Assembly: GCA_046483025.1 (NCBI GenBank)
Contig: JAWODZ010000116.1
Span: 4,302-68,301 of the forward strand
DNA length: 64,000 nt
Direction of reading: 5' to 3'
Source of the DNA: a bacterium
Lineage (GTDB): Bacteria > Zhuqueibacterota > QNDG01 > CAYUAG01
Under the pieces are notes generated by a model. It was not told where the DNA came from, searched no databases, and saw only the letters and a program-made list of their open reading frames with translations. The translations under genes and the position numbers were made by a program. This document shows positions 19,401-29,477 of this stretch, in pieces. How positions within the stretch are numbered: the stretch's first letter is position 1; the number at the start of each line of letters is the position of its first letter.

Positions 19401-20975
19401 ATCGGGAGCAAAACAATCCGGAATTCTATCATCTAACTGAACTGTATCCTGCGCAATCTCATATTTACAAAGTATACGCCGAATATAGGTTCTGCCATTA
19501 ACAAAATTTGCATCAATATGTTCACTCCCGGAATTGTTTTGAAAAGCTCCATTTTTATCCACATAAGCATTTTCAGTATCAGTATAATCAAATACAAAAA
19601 AAACTTTATCAGGATCACTCTTACTCACCCACCCCCTGTTTCTTAAAATCTCAGGAGTTACCCAGCCGCTGCTGAAATACCGCATTTTTGAAGACGGTTC
19701 AGAATCAAAATATCTCGAACTGTCTCTCACAGATTCAAAGCATAATGCCTGCACTGTATTTTCCAGTCCCAATTGTATCCATAACGTGTCAACAGAACCC
19801 TTAATATATTCATCTCCGAAAGTATTCTCATTCGAACCATCATCGTCATCCTCATCTGTGTTTTCCCGATCATCCTCCTCACCTGAAAAATAAACACTGT
19901 TGGACCTAATCCCTCCTCCTATATTACCAACAACATCCACTGCTCTGACCCGATAAAAGGATATTTTCCCCTTTTCTAATGATTCATCAACCCATCTCAA
20001 AATTTCATCCTCAGTTGAACTGGAAAGAACTGTATCAACCGGAATTTCACCCTGGCTGGCGGTATTTCGATAAATTACATATTTTTCAACCTTACTAATT
20101 TCATCACTGACCTTTTTCCAGACAAGTTCAATCTTATCACCTTTATTTAAAGCCTGAATAACAGTTACTTTTTTAGGAGCAGAATTATCCTGTACAGAAT
20201 AGGTAATGTCAGAACACATAAATAAAGTATCGTTTTCAACTATCACTTCCGAACGGGCAAAATATCCATACTTGTGACCATCCTCAAGATTTTCAAAAAC
20301 TGTAGTCCTGGATGCATTATTACCATTCTTATAAAGACGCTGAGCAGCTTTTCGTAAATTGGAAGGATCAGCATCATCAAAATAATAGGCATCCTGAACA
20401 AAAGACCCTTCTACTGGATACCAGCTAATTTTATTTGATGTCCCCGAAGTAAATTCTGGTTCATTCTCAATTTCGGGATGTTCAATATCAACCTGATCTA
20501 CATTTATTATTACTTTCTGCCAACGAGTAGTTTCTTTTTTATTTTTTTCACCATACCAAATCATTACAGTATCACTGGAAGCGTTGGTGGGATGAATATA
20601 CACAATATTTTCCAGGGTAGTTGATTTTTGAGGAAGTAAGGTTGTGGTTTTATTCTCCCATTTATCAACATAATCAGGAAATTGATATTTATACCAATTA
20701 CTCCCATAGTAACCGTCCCTGACCCAACAGCTGTATTCATCAGTCATGGAAGAATTGTTATAGTGTACAGTAAATTTAATTGCAATTAACTCATGAGTTC
20801 TGATATTTACATTAATTGTATTATTATTAACATATCTCTTATTATTATGCAAAATTTCAATTTCCAGCCAACCAGCATTAAGATTGGCTGTGATAACAAA
20901 TAATAAAACCATACTATACAGAAATAATCGGGTTTTTAAACCCTTTAACATTTTATTTCCTCCAATAAATATCAA
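16422..20975 (-). CDS. Giant (1517 aa) cell-surface protein with fibronectin-III/Ig-like repeats and a T9SS-type C-terminal sorting domain
   Basis: Signal peptide. Repeated ~100-aa beta-rich modules, plus an acidic stretch EEDDRENTDEDDDDGSNE. C-terminus KPNPFNSTTEIRYEIPEQSDVTISIFNMRGSFVRGF...GIYICFLTVKT is a T9SS CTD. Confidence 0.65.
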   Translation of the reverse strand: MIFIGGNKMLKGLKTRLFLYSMVLLFVITANLNAGWLEIEILHNNKRYVNNNTINVNIRTHELIAIKFTVHYNNSSMTDEYSCWVRDGYYGSNWYKYQFPDYVDKWENKTTTLLPQKSTTLENIVYIHPTNASSDTVMIWYGEKNKKETTRWQKVIINVDQVDIEHPEIENEPEFTSGTSNKISWYPVEGSFVQDAYYFDDADPSNLRKAAQRLYKNGNNASRTTVFENLEDGHKYGYFARSEVIVENDTLFMCSDITYSVQDNSAPKKVTVIQALNKGDKIELVWKKVSDEISKVEKYVIYRNTASQGEIPVDTVLSSSTEDEILRWVDESLEKGKISFYRVRAVDVVGNIGGGIRSNSVYFSGEEDDRENTDEDDDDGSNENTFGDEYIKGSVDTLWIQLGLENTVQALCFESVRDSSRYFDSEPSSKMRYFSSGWVTPEILRNRGWVSKSDPDKVFFVFDYTDTENAYVDKNGAFQNNSGSEHIDANFVNGRTYIRRILCKYEIAQDTVQLDDRIPDCFAPDDIHNLTGEIVLEESLPEYSKWCMNLSWEPAYDEVTGVKRYYLWRKIEEIEEHFVNIGTATSTEFIDTLNILADYTILNPLVSYKVTSEDYLGNMRAVNESDWEVQERSLQGPEIVFTDSGSDIKLSDDKDTLWTQNDIVAAGINKFNITEVLKYEIDVNGTLQTIRNLNRDTDTLEVDLSGNEVSFIKARAVYIGNVSSLWSNTLIAIRNLNRTPENLQAKIDSVDWNGNIKLSWTRASLDAFGYEIFRDSKKIGEIYNRKEKISWVDKYGMDELKNEPGDTLIGYRDYDYAITAIDVFKDTSDPTDEVTTYCNSAPEVVFYEKKNQNDNYFIRIGWKRVIPSLLKEGDIIKYEVKIYQDSLSNLYRKSEIIYTIDGDEFFEDFRVVSDHNYIFRIRGIPNSYPYKPSAWSRPFTVPDFSLFDSLESFALPGKSIFIYWNNSEIIRKYKIDSFKVVRSADDTQENTWTFPSDILSFVDNSDNLKHGKDYTYTIKAIDSLDQILDEHAVTVTCDSVAFIPDIDSSRTLEYFNQDSLQVFWKWINDKTGEDIELETENADSLLIQLSISSSFPPIADQTVTTDYIKADYNRNKKVRIPELASQKNDPVFIRVTAKDKWGHNAVKIFQDESGNNIVIAPETVVWSSDSYGLRVSVYDTIPSPSVNDFKVKYNGPYNSASDSIKVSCTWSGEGVEKGTVDTNRNIMWNAKLYRIVRELNGEKWIQDEIPVDTTDTMQNYVYQGYTLNRNYQWQINVIDSAGNITQGDTTINAENFLATPPPPDPIDYKVCSIPEIESNDSLEYFIEIAQDPSHFPLAYQDDDLTDRLLCQIGWTVSETCSCTTGWGSIKIDTTWFRLKVRKKAENGHMIESAWSLLAAFMDNSSGNKCLTGIEESNNSILSFNLHPNKPNPFNSTTEIRYEIPEQSDVTISIFNMRGSFVRGFTRSSLSPGSYSVTWDGTDMHKKYVSSGIYICFLTVKTKSGKLWRNETKMLLIK

Positions 20976-21132
20976 TAAGTTAGTTTCTTTAATATTAAGA
21001 AATTATATAATAAATGTCAAGTAGAATTTGTCAGTCATTAATTTAGTTTCAAATTCACAGATATTTTTTCTTTTGATTTTAATTCTATATTTTAATATAT
21101 TAAAAATAAATAGTAATAAACGATTCTGATAA

Positions 21133-21801
21133 ATGAATTTTAATAATTGGCTGTATAAAAAAATTTTACCCCCAATTAGTTGGTTGGCTATAACTCTTCT
21201 AACTAACTCTCTTAAAATTAAAATCATAAATAAATATAAAACCAATAATTTTAAAAAAGAAGGTGGAAAATTTGTTTTTGTCTGCTGGCATGGCAGGCAG
21301 TTTCTCTTAACTACTCATTTATCCAAACTGAATACAGGAGTTATTACTTCTATCAGCCAGGATGGAAGACTGCAGGCAGATATTCTCGGCAGAATGGGAT
21401 TTAAAATAACCTATGGTTCCAGTTCAAAATCACCAGTTAAAGCTTTGGTAGGATCAATTAAACTAATGCGTAAAGGTATCAATATGGTGATTGCGGTAGA
21501 CGGGCCTACTGGTCCGATCTACAAAGTTAAATATGGAGCCCTTTTTCTGGCTAAAAAAATGAATGCTCAAATTGTACCAGTAACCTTTTCATCCCATCCA
21601 TGTATAACCCTGAACGCCTGGGATAAATATCTGCTCCCTCTCCCTTTCTCCCAAACAGTTCTTCTCTGGGGTAATCCTATTCAACTGTCCGATTCTACTG
21701 ACAAAAAAATTCTTGAAAAAGAAGCTGGTCTAATTGAAAAAAAACTCAATGCGATTAACAATACTGCTGATTTTATTGTTAATAAAAACAAATTACGATG
21801 A
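21133..21801 (+). CDS. DUF374-domain protein (lysophospholipid-acyltransferase-like, COG2121)
   Basis: FVFVCWHGRQFLL...SQDGRLQADILGRMGFKITYGSS...VDGPTGPIYKVKYGALFLAKKMNAQIVPV matches conserved DUF374 blocks. Confidence 0.65.
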   Translation: MNFNNWLYKKILPPISWLAITLLTNSLKIKIINKYKTNNFKKEGGKFVFVCWHGRQFLLTTHLSKLNTGVITSISQDGRLQADILGRMGFKITYGSSSKSPVKALVGSIKLMRKGINMVIAVDGPTGPIYKVKYGALFLAKKMNAQIVPVTFSSHPCITLNAWDKYLLPLPFSQTVLLWGNPIQLSDSTDKKILEKEAGLIEKKLNAINNTADFIVNKNKLR

Positions 21802-21976
21802 TACCACTCTTCATAAAAATTTAACTCTAAAATTCTAAAAAATATGGTAAAAACAAATTTTTCCCTTGCAATTAAGTAAACTTTTAACGAGATTAATGTT
21901 TCAGAAACAAATTTTATGAAATAATGAAGATTTTATTAATAAAATTCTATCGATGCTTAAAATATAGTGAGGTTCT

Positions 21977-22741
21977 TTGGTAGGTGATGCATTTAAAAAA
22001 TTAGTAGAGATAATGAAAAAACTCAGGAGTAACGGTGGTTGTCCCTGGGACCAGGAACAAACGCATCAATCTCTTAAACCTTATCTTTTAGAAGAATCAT
22101 ATGAGGTGATCGAATCTATTGATAATCATGATACTGAATCACTTAAAGAAGAATTAGGTGATCTTTTACTTCAACCTATTTTCCATGCGCAAATTGCCCA
22201 GGACAATGGTGATTTTTCCATAGTGGATGTTATTGAAAGTATCAACAAAAAATTAATTCGACGACATCCACATGTTTTTGACAATACAGAAATCAACACA
22301 AGTGAAGAACAAAAAATTCATTGGGAAAGAATAAAAAAACAAGAGGGGAAAAAATCGGTTTTAGATGGTGTACCCAAAACAATGCCAGCTTTGACCCGAG
22401 CACACCGTATCCAGCAAAAAGCTGCAACTGTGGGATTTGACTGGGATACTGCTGACCAGGTATGGGAAAAAATTCGGGAAGAAATGGAGGAATTGAAAAC
22501 AGCTATTGATTCCAATGATCAGAATAATATATTTGAAGAATATGGAGATTTACTTTTTGCGCTGGTAAATCTTTCCCGATTTCTCCGGTTGGATCCTGAA
22601 GATGCTTTACGAAGTGCCTCTGGCAAATTCTGTAAACGATTCAAAAAAGTTGAAAAAACATACGATTCTACTGGTGAGGATATTAAAAAAGCGACTCTAG
22701 AAGAAATGGATAAAATCTGGAACAAAATAAAAAAAGATTAA
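21977..22741 (+). CDS. mazG: Nucleoside triphosphate pyrophosphohydrolase MazG
   Basis: Two tandem MazG domains with EExYEV/EE.GDLLF-type motifs (EESYEVIESI...EELGDLLLQ; EEMEELKTAI...EYGDLLFALVNL). 254 aa. Confidence 0.9.
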   Translation: MVGDAFKKLVEIMKKLRSNGGCPWDQEQTHQSLKPYLLEESYEVIESIDNHDTESLKEELGDLLLQPIFHAQIAQDNGDFSIVDVIESINKKLIRRHPHVFDNTEINTSEEQKIHWERIKKQEGKKSVLDGVPKTMPALTRAHRIQQKAATVGFDWDTADQVWEKIREEMEELKTAIDSNDQNNIFEEYGDLLFALVNLSRFLRLDPEDALRSASGKFCKRFKKVEKTYDSTGEDIKKATLEEMDKIWNKIKKD

Positions 22742-22815
22742 TTAAACAATGAAAAAAGGCAATTGATTATCTAAACTTTAATATACATAAAATATAACAT
22801 ACAAACAAAAATTAT

Positions 22816-24006
22816 TTGGGAATTATTATGAAAAAAAAATTTTTATCTGAAATTATTCTTTTATTATTAATTATAATACTTTTTATAACCTGTGCTGAAT
22901 ATAAAAAAAATCCAGTAGGTTCGGAATTTTTTAATAGCGACGAAATCGGAAATGTAAAAACCTGTGTTATTTACTCCTCTCCTTCGGATACTTTTTTTAA
23001 ATATACTAATGTAAAAACAGGCAATAGTCCATACTTAAACATAGGAGCTGTCCAAAATCATAATATTAAGGCAAAATCTCTTATAAAATTCCAGCTTGAT
23101 CCGGATACAACCAAAATAGACAGTGTTTCATTAACCTTATATATCCATAAATTCTATGAACAGCATAATGGAATATTTTCCTGTTCCATATTTAAAATTG
23201 CAGAACAATGGGATGAAGATTCCCTTTCTATGAGAAATTACAGTGAGGGATTACAAGGTGAATTTATTACAAATTTTGAAGTTTCTGTTAACGACACTGT
23301 AAAAAGTTTCACCATTCCCCTGCCAAATGATCTTGTACAATCATGGAGTGATTCAACCACTGCTTCCAAAAATCATGGGTTGCTTTTTATTCCAGATAAT
23401 TCCCAATTTATTACTGAATTCTATAGTAGTGAAGCTGATTCTAACCAACCGGAATTACGAATGTATACTCCTACAGATACTGTTTCTAGTTATACAGAAT
23501 ACTTTATTAAGGACATAGAAGATCTATTTATTGCTGAAGGTGAATTTGAAGCTACTCCAGATTATCTTTATATTTCTAATGGAATAGCCACGCGATCACT
23601 TTTATTTTTTGATGTATCAGTTATACCGGAACAAGCTACCATCAATAAAGCATTTGTAAATATTCATTCTGACGTTACTGCAGCTTTTCCTGCCTGGCAA
23701 GATACTTTTTTAATATCAATTTTTGAAACTGCTACTGAGGACTGGTCCATGCCTGATGTTCCACTGGATTCATTGACCTATTCAACTTTTCTTTTAGATG
23801 GTGATTCAGCATTAGCAGATATAACTCTTTCTGTACAACAATGGACTTCAAAAACAAAAGAAAATTACGGACTTTTACTAAAGGGACGAAATGAATATAT
23901 AAATCTCGACTACAGACAACTATATAGTTCAAAGGCTGACAGTTCCAAAAAACCATCATTAAAAATATTTTACAGTCTTCCGCCTGAAGAGAATTTTAAT
24001 AATTAA
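22816..24006 (+). CDS. Lipoprotein of unknown function (likely start MKKKF at 22828)
   Basis: Signal peptide with a lipobox-like LFITC. 396 aa, mostly beta-rich. No family was recognised. Confidence 0.5.
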   Translation: MGIIMKKKFLSEIILLLLIIILFITCAEYKKNPVGSEFFNSDEIGNVKTCVIYSSPSDTFFKYTNVKTGNSPYLNIGAVQNHNIKAKSLIKFQLDPDTTKIDSVSLTLYIHKFYEQHNGIFSCSIFKIAEQWDEDSLSMRNYSEGLQGEFITNFEVSVNDTVKSFTIPLPNDLVQSWSDSTTASKNHGLLFIPDNSQFITEFYSSEADSNQPELRMYTPTDTVSSYTEYFIKDIEDLFIAEGEFEATPDYLYISNGIATRSLLFFDVSVIPEQATINKAFVNIHSDVTAAFPAWQDTFLISIFETATEDWSMPDVPLDSLTYSTFLLDGDSALADITLSVQQWTSKTKENYGLLLKGRNEYINLDYRQLYSSKADSSKKPSLKIFYSLPPEENFNN

Positions 24007-24022
24007 AATCTGGAGTTTTATA

Positions 24023-25240
24023 ATGAAGAAATTAATTTTATTTTTTCTAATTTTATTACTATATAACCAAAGTTTAATTTGTGGATCTGTGCTTTCTTCA
24101 CGGGGATTGGGAATGGATTTTGAACATCCAAATACTCGAGCCCAGGGAATGGGTTACTTTGCCATAGCAAATATTGATCCCTATACTATTTCAAAAATCA
24201 ATCCTGCAAGTTTATTTATTCATAAAGCAACTCATATATCTGCCTCTTATTTTAACGAAAATAACTTTTATGAAGACCAACTCCATGGTGATGCTTTTTC
24301 TCAATATTCTAATTTTGATGGGTTCAATATAGTTATTCCACTGCATAAAAATTTTGGCATCTCATCAGGGTTAACTCCCTTGACCAGGATAGATTATAAA
24401 ATATCATTTGATAATTCAATTGATCTCTTTGAATACACCAAATCAATATATGGAAGTGGAGGATTAAACTCTTTTGATCTTTCATGTTACTGGTCATATA
24501 AAAATAGATTTTCTATAGGTATTACTGGTAGATACATTTTTGGTAATATCAATAAAACCTGGAGGGTGAATTACGATAATACAACTTTTGTTCAAACTAA
24601 ATATTCTTTTTCCACAAAAAATGATGGTTTTAATTATAAACTGGGAATTATTGTACAACCATTGTCATCAATTACAATAGGAGCCGTATATTCTCCCACA
24701 GTAAGAATAAATAATAATACATCTCAGGATATGGCAATAAAGCTAAAAGATGAAGCAACAACAACAACATTAAAAACACATAAAGGTTCTATCAGTTATC
24801 CTGGGTCATATGGAGTAGGTGTTTCATATAAGATCAAAAAAATAGGCTTGTTTGGTATAGATTATTCCTTATCCGAATGGGAATCATTGTTAATTAATGA
24901 TCAAAAACCAACATATGTAAATAATATAAATAAATTTTCTTTTGGATTTGAATCAATTTCATCCAATAATCCCAACACATCATATCTAAAACAAATAAGA
25001 TACAGAACCGGATTATGTCATATGTCTTCCTTGTCTCTTGATCCTGAAGGAAATGAAATACTGGAATCATGGATATCATTGGGTTTAGGTCTTCCCCTTA
25101 AAGGGCGTATAGCAGAAATAAATCTGGCTGTCAATTATGGTAAACGGGGATCACTACAAAAAAACGGACTTTCAGAAAATCTATTAAGAGTCAGTCTTTC
25201 TCTATCTATTGGTGAAAAATGGTTCCAGCGTGAATATTAA
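24023..25240 (+). CDS. FadL/PorV-like outer-membrane beta-barrel protein
   Basis: Signal peptide, then GLGMDFEHPNTRAQGMGYFAIANIDPYTISKINPASL, a hatch-like motif of the FadL/OMPP1/PorV family. ~405 aa with a Gly/aromatic-rich C-terminus. RBS GGAG upstream. Confidence 0.55.
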   Translation: MKKLILFFLILLLYNQSLICGSVLSSRGLGMDFEHPNTRAQGMGYFAIANIDPYTISKINPASLFIHKATHISASYFNENNFYEDQLHGDAFSQYSNFDGFNIVIPLHKNFGISSGLTPLTRIDYKISFDNSIDLFEYTKSIYGSGGLNSFDLSCYWSYKNRFSIGITGRYIFGNINKTWRVNYDNTTFVQTKYSFSTKNDGFNYKLGIIVQPLSSITIGAVYSPTVRINNNTSQDMAIKLKDEATTTTLKTHKGSISYPGSYGVGVSYKIKKIGLFGIDYSLSEWESLLINDQKPTYVNNINKFSFGFESISSNNPNTSYLKQIRYRTGLCHMSSLSLDPEGNEILESWISLGLGLPLKGRIAEINLAVNYGKRGSLQKNGLSENLLRVSLSLSIGEKWFQREY

Positions 25241-25388
25241 TATGATTTGTTCTTCTGTTTTTTTGTTAATTAGATTACAAAAATTATAAATTTATGAGAT
25301 ATTTTCCTTGATTTTATCTGATTTTTTTATTATTATTAAGGATTATCATAAAAAGTTATAATTATTATTTATATAAGGAGGGATAGTT

Positions 25389-26645
25389 GTGTATCAAAAA
25401 TTAAAAACATTAATTTATTTCTTAAATATTGTATTAATTCTTATATTCACACAACTTTATTTTAATAGCTGCGGTGGGCCTGCCACAAAAAAAGATTTAA
25501 CTCCCGAACAGAAAAAAGCAAAGCAGGACTCAATATTTAAAGAACACAAACAAAAAGTAGATAGGTATATGAGTTTTGGTTGGGAACCTTTTAAACAGAA
25601 AAACTACGAAAAAGCAAAAAAATATTTTAGCAAAATTGCCAAAATTGACACAACTGGTATCTACGGAGCAATACTTTATCAAAATCTTGGTACCTGTTAC
25701 TTACAGTTAAACCAGCCAGATAGTGCAATATGGGCATATAAAAAAGGAATAGAAAATGTGCCCGATGCACCTTATAACTACAGTGCACTTGGATATATAT
25801 ACCGAAGACAGGGAAAAGATCAGAAAGCTATTGAAATGTATGAAAAACTCACTGAACTTCAACCTGATTCAGCTGAACATTTTCATCAGTTAGGAAAACT
25901 GTATGCTAACGACTATCAGAATCAAAAAGCTATTCAAGCATATCAACAAGCTGTAGCACTTGAACCCAATAATACAGAGTATCAGGAAATATTGAGTAAT
26001 CTTTTAAGCGCTTCCGGAGATACTGAACAAATAATCAAACAAAAAAGACAAATGGTTAAGCTTAATCCGGAAAATATGAGATATAGATTTCAACTTGCAA
26101 AAAGTTACCACTCTGCTGCAAAATTTGACAGTGCTATAGTTAATTTTAAAATTGTCTTAAAAAATCAGCCAGACAACATTGAAGCTCTGGAACTTTTAGC
26201 AGATTCATATCGGAATACCGATAAATTTACTCAAGCTATAAACATTTATAAAATAATTATTGAAGAAAAACCAACGGACAAGAAAAATCTTTGTAACCTT
26301 GCCTCCGCTTATACATCGCTTGGCAGATACACAACAGCCCGGAGAACTGTAAATAAAGCTTTGCGTATTGATAATCAATACGGATTGGCCTATCTTACCT
26401 TAGGTAAAATATACGAAACAGCTGCTGACAGAAATATCAAAAATAATGACGGTAAAACAACCTATGATGATAAACTGGTGTATAAAATCGCCTATGATCA
26501 ATATGTAAAAGCTAAAAATGATTTAGCCTATAAACGAGAGGCAGAAAACAGAATAAAATCTCTGGAACCAGTCATACCTACTACAGAAGATAAATTTATT
26601 CATGATTATAATACTCCAAAAAATGAAGTGTATAATTGGATATAG
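25389..26645 (+). CDS. TPR-repeat lipoprotein (GTG start)
   Basis: Lipobox-like LYFNSCGG after the signal peptide. Multiple 34-aa TPR repeats (AIWAYKKGIE..., ALGYIYRRQGK..., AIQAYQQAVALEPNN...). RBS AAGGAGGG 8 nt upstream of GTG. Confidence 0.65.
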   Translation: MYQKLKTLIYFLNIVLILIFTQLYFNSCGGPATKKDLTPEQKKAKQDSIFKEHKQKVDRYMSFGWEPFKQKNYEKAKKYFSKIAKIDTTGIYGAILYQNLGTCYLQLNQPDSAIWAYKKGIENVPDAPYNYSALGYIYRRQGKDQKAIEMYEKLTELQPDSAEHFHQLGKLYANDYQNQKAIQAYQQAVALEPNNTEYQEILSNLLSASGDTEQIIKQKRQMVKLNPENMRYRFQLAKSYHSAAKFDSAIVNFKIVLKNQPDNIEALELLADSYRNTDKFTQAINIYKIIIEEKPTDKKNLCNLASAYTSLGRYTTARRTVNKALRIDNQYGLAYLTLGKIYETAADRNIKNNDGKTTYDDKLVYKIAYDQYVKAKNDLAYKREAENRIKSLEPVIPTTEDKFIHDYNTPKNEVYNWI

Positions 26646-26654
26646 TTAAAAAAA

Positions 26655-27098
26655 ATGAAAATTGTAATAGGCTCAGACCATGCTGGTTTTGAACTAAAAA
26701 AACATATTAGACAGTTTTTAAACACTGAAAATATTACTTTTAAAGATTGTGGAACTGATTCTTCAGATTCGGTTGATTACCCTGATATTGCTGTAAAAAC
26801 TGCAAAACTATATATAGAAAAAAAATATGATTATGGAATACTTATCTGCGGAAGCGGAATTGGAATGTCAATTGTTTCTAATAAGATTAAGGGTGTAAGA
26901 GCAGCATTATGCAATACATCAGAAATGGCAAGACTGGCCCGGACACATAATAATGCGAATATTTTATGCTTGGGTGCCAGAATTGTTGAAGCTGAAAAAG
27001 CATTGAATATTATTACTGAATTTTTATTTACCGAATTCAGCAACAAAAACCGTCATCAAAAACGTATAAATAAAATTCACAAGCTTACTGGTGTGTAA
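26655..27098 (+). CDS. rpiB: Ribose-5-phosphate isomerase B
   Basis: MKIVIGSDHAGFELK...ICGSGIGMSIVSNKIKGVRAA matches RpiB/LacAB family motifs. 147 aa. Confidence 0.9.
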   Translation: MKIVIGSDHAGFELKKHIRQFLNTENITFKDCGTDSSDSVDYPDIAVKTAKLYIEKKYDYGILICGSGIGMSIVSNKIKGVRAALCNTSEMARLARTHNNANILCLGARIVEAEKALNIITEFLFTEFSNKNRHQKRINKIHKLTGV

Positions 27099-27116
27099 AA
27101 CTAGTAAGCTTTTTTC
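27081..27116 (+). terminator. Intrinsic terminator after rpiB
   Basis: 9-bp stem AAGCTTACT/AGTAAGCTT spanning the stop codon, followed by TTTTTT. Confidence 0.6.
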
Positions 27117-27132
27117 TTAGATATAAAACTAT

Positions 27133-28440
27133 ATGGAGAAAAAAATGGAACTAATAAAAAAATCTGATCCGGATATTTATAAAGCAATAAAAAATGAAAT
27201 TGACCGTGAATCCAATAAACTGGAACTTATTGCATCTGAAAATTTTGTTAGTCCAGCTGTACTTGAAACTCTGGGCTGTGTTATGACCAACAAATATGCT
27301 GAAGGCTATCCAGGGCATCGTTATTACGGTGGATGCGAATTTGTCGATACAGCTGAAAACCTGGCCCGGGACAGGGCAAAAAAACTATTTAACTGTGAAT
27401 ATGCAAATGTCCAGCCTCATGCCGGCTCTCAGGCAAATATGGCAGCCTATATGACTTTCCTTAAACCTGGTGACACTGTACTGGGTATGGATTTATCTCA
27501 CGGAGGACATTTAACCCATGGAAGTCCTGTCAATTTTTCTGGTAAACTTTATAATTTTGTTTCTTATGGGGTAAAAAAAGAAACAGGTACCATTGATTTT
27601 AATATGGTTGAAAATCAAGCTAAAAAACATAAACCAAAACTTATTGTTACCGGTGCCAGTGCTTATCCCCGTTTTATTGATTTCAAAAAATTCAGAGAGA
27701 TTGCTGATAGTATTGATGCTTATTTAATGGCTGATATTGCTCATCCTGCTGGCCTGGTGGCAACCAAACTCCATCCTGACCCACTTCCTCATTGTGATGT
27801 TGTTACTACCACTACTCATAAAACACTTCGGGGACCACGCGGGGGTATGATCCTGATGGGAAAAGACCGTGATAATGATATGGGAATAGTTGCACGTAAA
27901 TCCGGCCGGGTTAAAAAAATGTCAGAAATAATTGATAATGTTGTAATGCCTGGCATGCAAGGCGGACCACTTATGCATGTAATTGCTGCTAAAGCAGTTG
28001 GATTTAAAGAAAATCTAGAACCTGAATATACAGAATATTGTAAGCAGATAATAAAAAATACTAAAGCTCTTGCCGATACGATGATAAATAATAAGTATGA
28101 TCTTGTATCCGGTGGTACTGACAATCATTTGATTCTAATTGATCTTACTTCCAGAAAAATATCCGGGAAAAAAGCTGAAAAAGCTTTAGAAAAAGCTGGA
28201 ATTACGGTTAACAAAAACATGGTTCCCTTTGATACCCGGAGTCCTTTTATAACCAGCGGCATAAGGATTGGCACCCCTGCTTTAACCACCAGAGGTATGA
28301 AAGAAAATGAGATGAAAATCATCGGTGGCTTTATTGACAGAGTTGTTTCTAATCCCAAAGATGAAACAATAATTGAAGCAATTAAAAATCAGGTCTATGA
28401 TTTATGTCAAAATTTTCCGCTTTATAAAAATTTAAAATAA
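27133..28440 (+). CDS. glyA: Serine hydroxymethyltransferase (likely start at 27145, MELIKK)
   Basis: PLP-binding region [14 protein letters not shown] and conserved SHMT blocks throughout. GGAG lies 9 nt before the second ATG. Confidence 0.95.
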   Translation: MEKKMELIKKSDPDIYKAIKNEIDRESNKLELIASENFVSPAVLETLGCVMTNKYAEGYPGHRYYGGCEFVDTAENLARDRAKKLFNCEYANVQPHAGSQANMAAYMTFLKPGDTVLGMDLSHGGHLTHGSPVNFSGKLYNFVSYGVKKETGTIDFNMVENQAKKHKPKLIVTGASAYPRFIDFKKFREIADSIDAYLMADIAHPAGLVATKLHPDPLPHCDVVTTTTHKTLRGPRGGMILMGKDRDNDMGIVARKSGRVKKMSEIIDNVVMPGMQGGPLMHVIAAKAVGFKENLEPEYTEYCKQIIKNTKALADTMINNKYDLVSGGTDNHLILIDLTSRKISGKKAEKALEKAGITVNKNMVPFDTRSPFITSGIRIGTPALTTRGMKENEMKIIGGFIDRVVSNPKDETIIEAIKNQVYDLCQNFPLYKNLK

Positions 28441-28517
28441 ACATAAATTATTTTCTCTGAAAATTAGACAAATAAGTATTATAGTTAAACCATTGACTGC
28501 TGAACAGTGAATATTTT

Positions 28518-29018
28518 ATGTCCGAATCAGTTAAAATTCATCGTCCCTCCTGGGATGATTATTTTATTGAAATAGCATATTTAGTTGCAACCCGTTCTAC
28601 ATGCAGACGCAGACAGGTAGGAGCTGTGATTGTAAAAAACAAACGGATATTAACAACCGGGTATAATGGCGCACCTCAATCCCTTCATCATTGTTTAGAT
28701 ATTGGCTGTCTCAGAGAAGAGCTGAATATTCCCAGCGGCCAAAGACATGAACTATGCAGAGGACTTCATGCGGAACAGAATGCAATCATACAGGCTGCCA
28801 CTTCTGGAACAAATATCAAAAACTCTGTAATTTATTCAACACACTTTCCTTGTTCTCTTTGCATGAAAATGATAATAAATGCTTATATCAAAAAAATTTA
28901 TTATGTAGAGGGATATCCTGATGATCTTTCCAAAAAATTTTATGAACAAAGTGATATAAAATCAGTACAATTAATGAGACCAAAACATAATTCATTACAA
29001 AAAAACAGAGATAAATAA
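28518..29018 (+). CDS. dCMP/cytidine deaminase-family protein (deoxycytidylate deaminase)
   Basis: Zinc-binding motifs HAEQNAI and PCSLC, plus [16 protein letters not shown], typical of dCMP deaminase/ComEB. Confidence 0.85.
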   Translation: MSESVKIHRPSWDDYFIEIAYLVATRSTCRRRQVGAVIVKNKRILTTGYNGAPQSLHHCLDIGCLREELNIPSGQRHELCRGLHAEQNAIIQAATSGTNIKNSVIYSTHFPCSLCMKMIINAYIKKIYYVEGYPDDLSKKFYEQSDIKSVQLMRPKHNSLQKNRDK

Positions 29019-29465
29019 ATGGTTTGTCCTTACTGTGGTAAAAATAATGATAAAGTGGTTGACTCGCGCTCATGGAACAATGGTAAAGCCATTCGCAGAA
29101 GAAGACTTTGTCTAAACTGCAACAGACGATTTATAACTCTGGAAGAGATCGAAGACAAAAATCTCTATGTTATTAAATCTGACAATCGAAGGGAATTATT
29201 CAACCGTAAAAAATTACAAAAAGGGATGCAAATTGCCTGCAGTAAAAGACCAATATCCATTAAACAAATCGAAAAAATAGTTGCTGATATTGAAAATCAT
29301 CTTTCCTCCGAATTCGTTAAAGAAGTTAAAAGCCGAACAATAGGAGAAATGGTTTCAAAAAAATTAAAAAAAATAGATGAAGTAGCCTATGTCAGGTTTG
29401 CTTCCGTATATAGAAAATTTGAAGATAAAAAAGAATTCATTCAAGAATTGACAAAATTAAAATAA
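29019..29465 (+). CDS. nrdR: Transcriptional repressor NrdR
   Basis: MVCPYCG...VVDSR...RRRRLCLNCNRRFIT zinc ribbon plus an ATP-cone domain. 148 aa. Confidence 0.9.
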   Translation: MVCPYCGKNNDKVVDSRSWNNGKAIRRRRLCLNCNRRFITLEEIEDKNLYVIKSDNRRELFNRKKLQKGMQIACSKRPISIKQIEKIVADIENHLSSEFVKEVKSRTIGEMVSKKLKKIDEVAYVRFASVYRKFEDKKEFIQELTKLK

Positions 29466-29477
29466 AGGTCATATCAT

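Noticed and set aside
21003-21245. 80-aa minus-strand ORF in the divergent promoter region between the giant surface-protein gene and the DUF374 gene
   Set aside because: It is AT-rich low complexity, overlaps the start of the plus-strand gene, and has no RBS. It is spurious.
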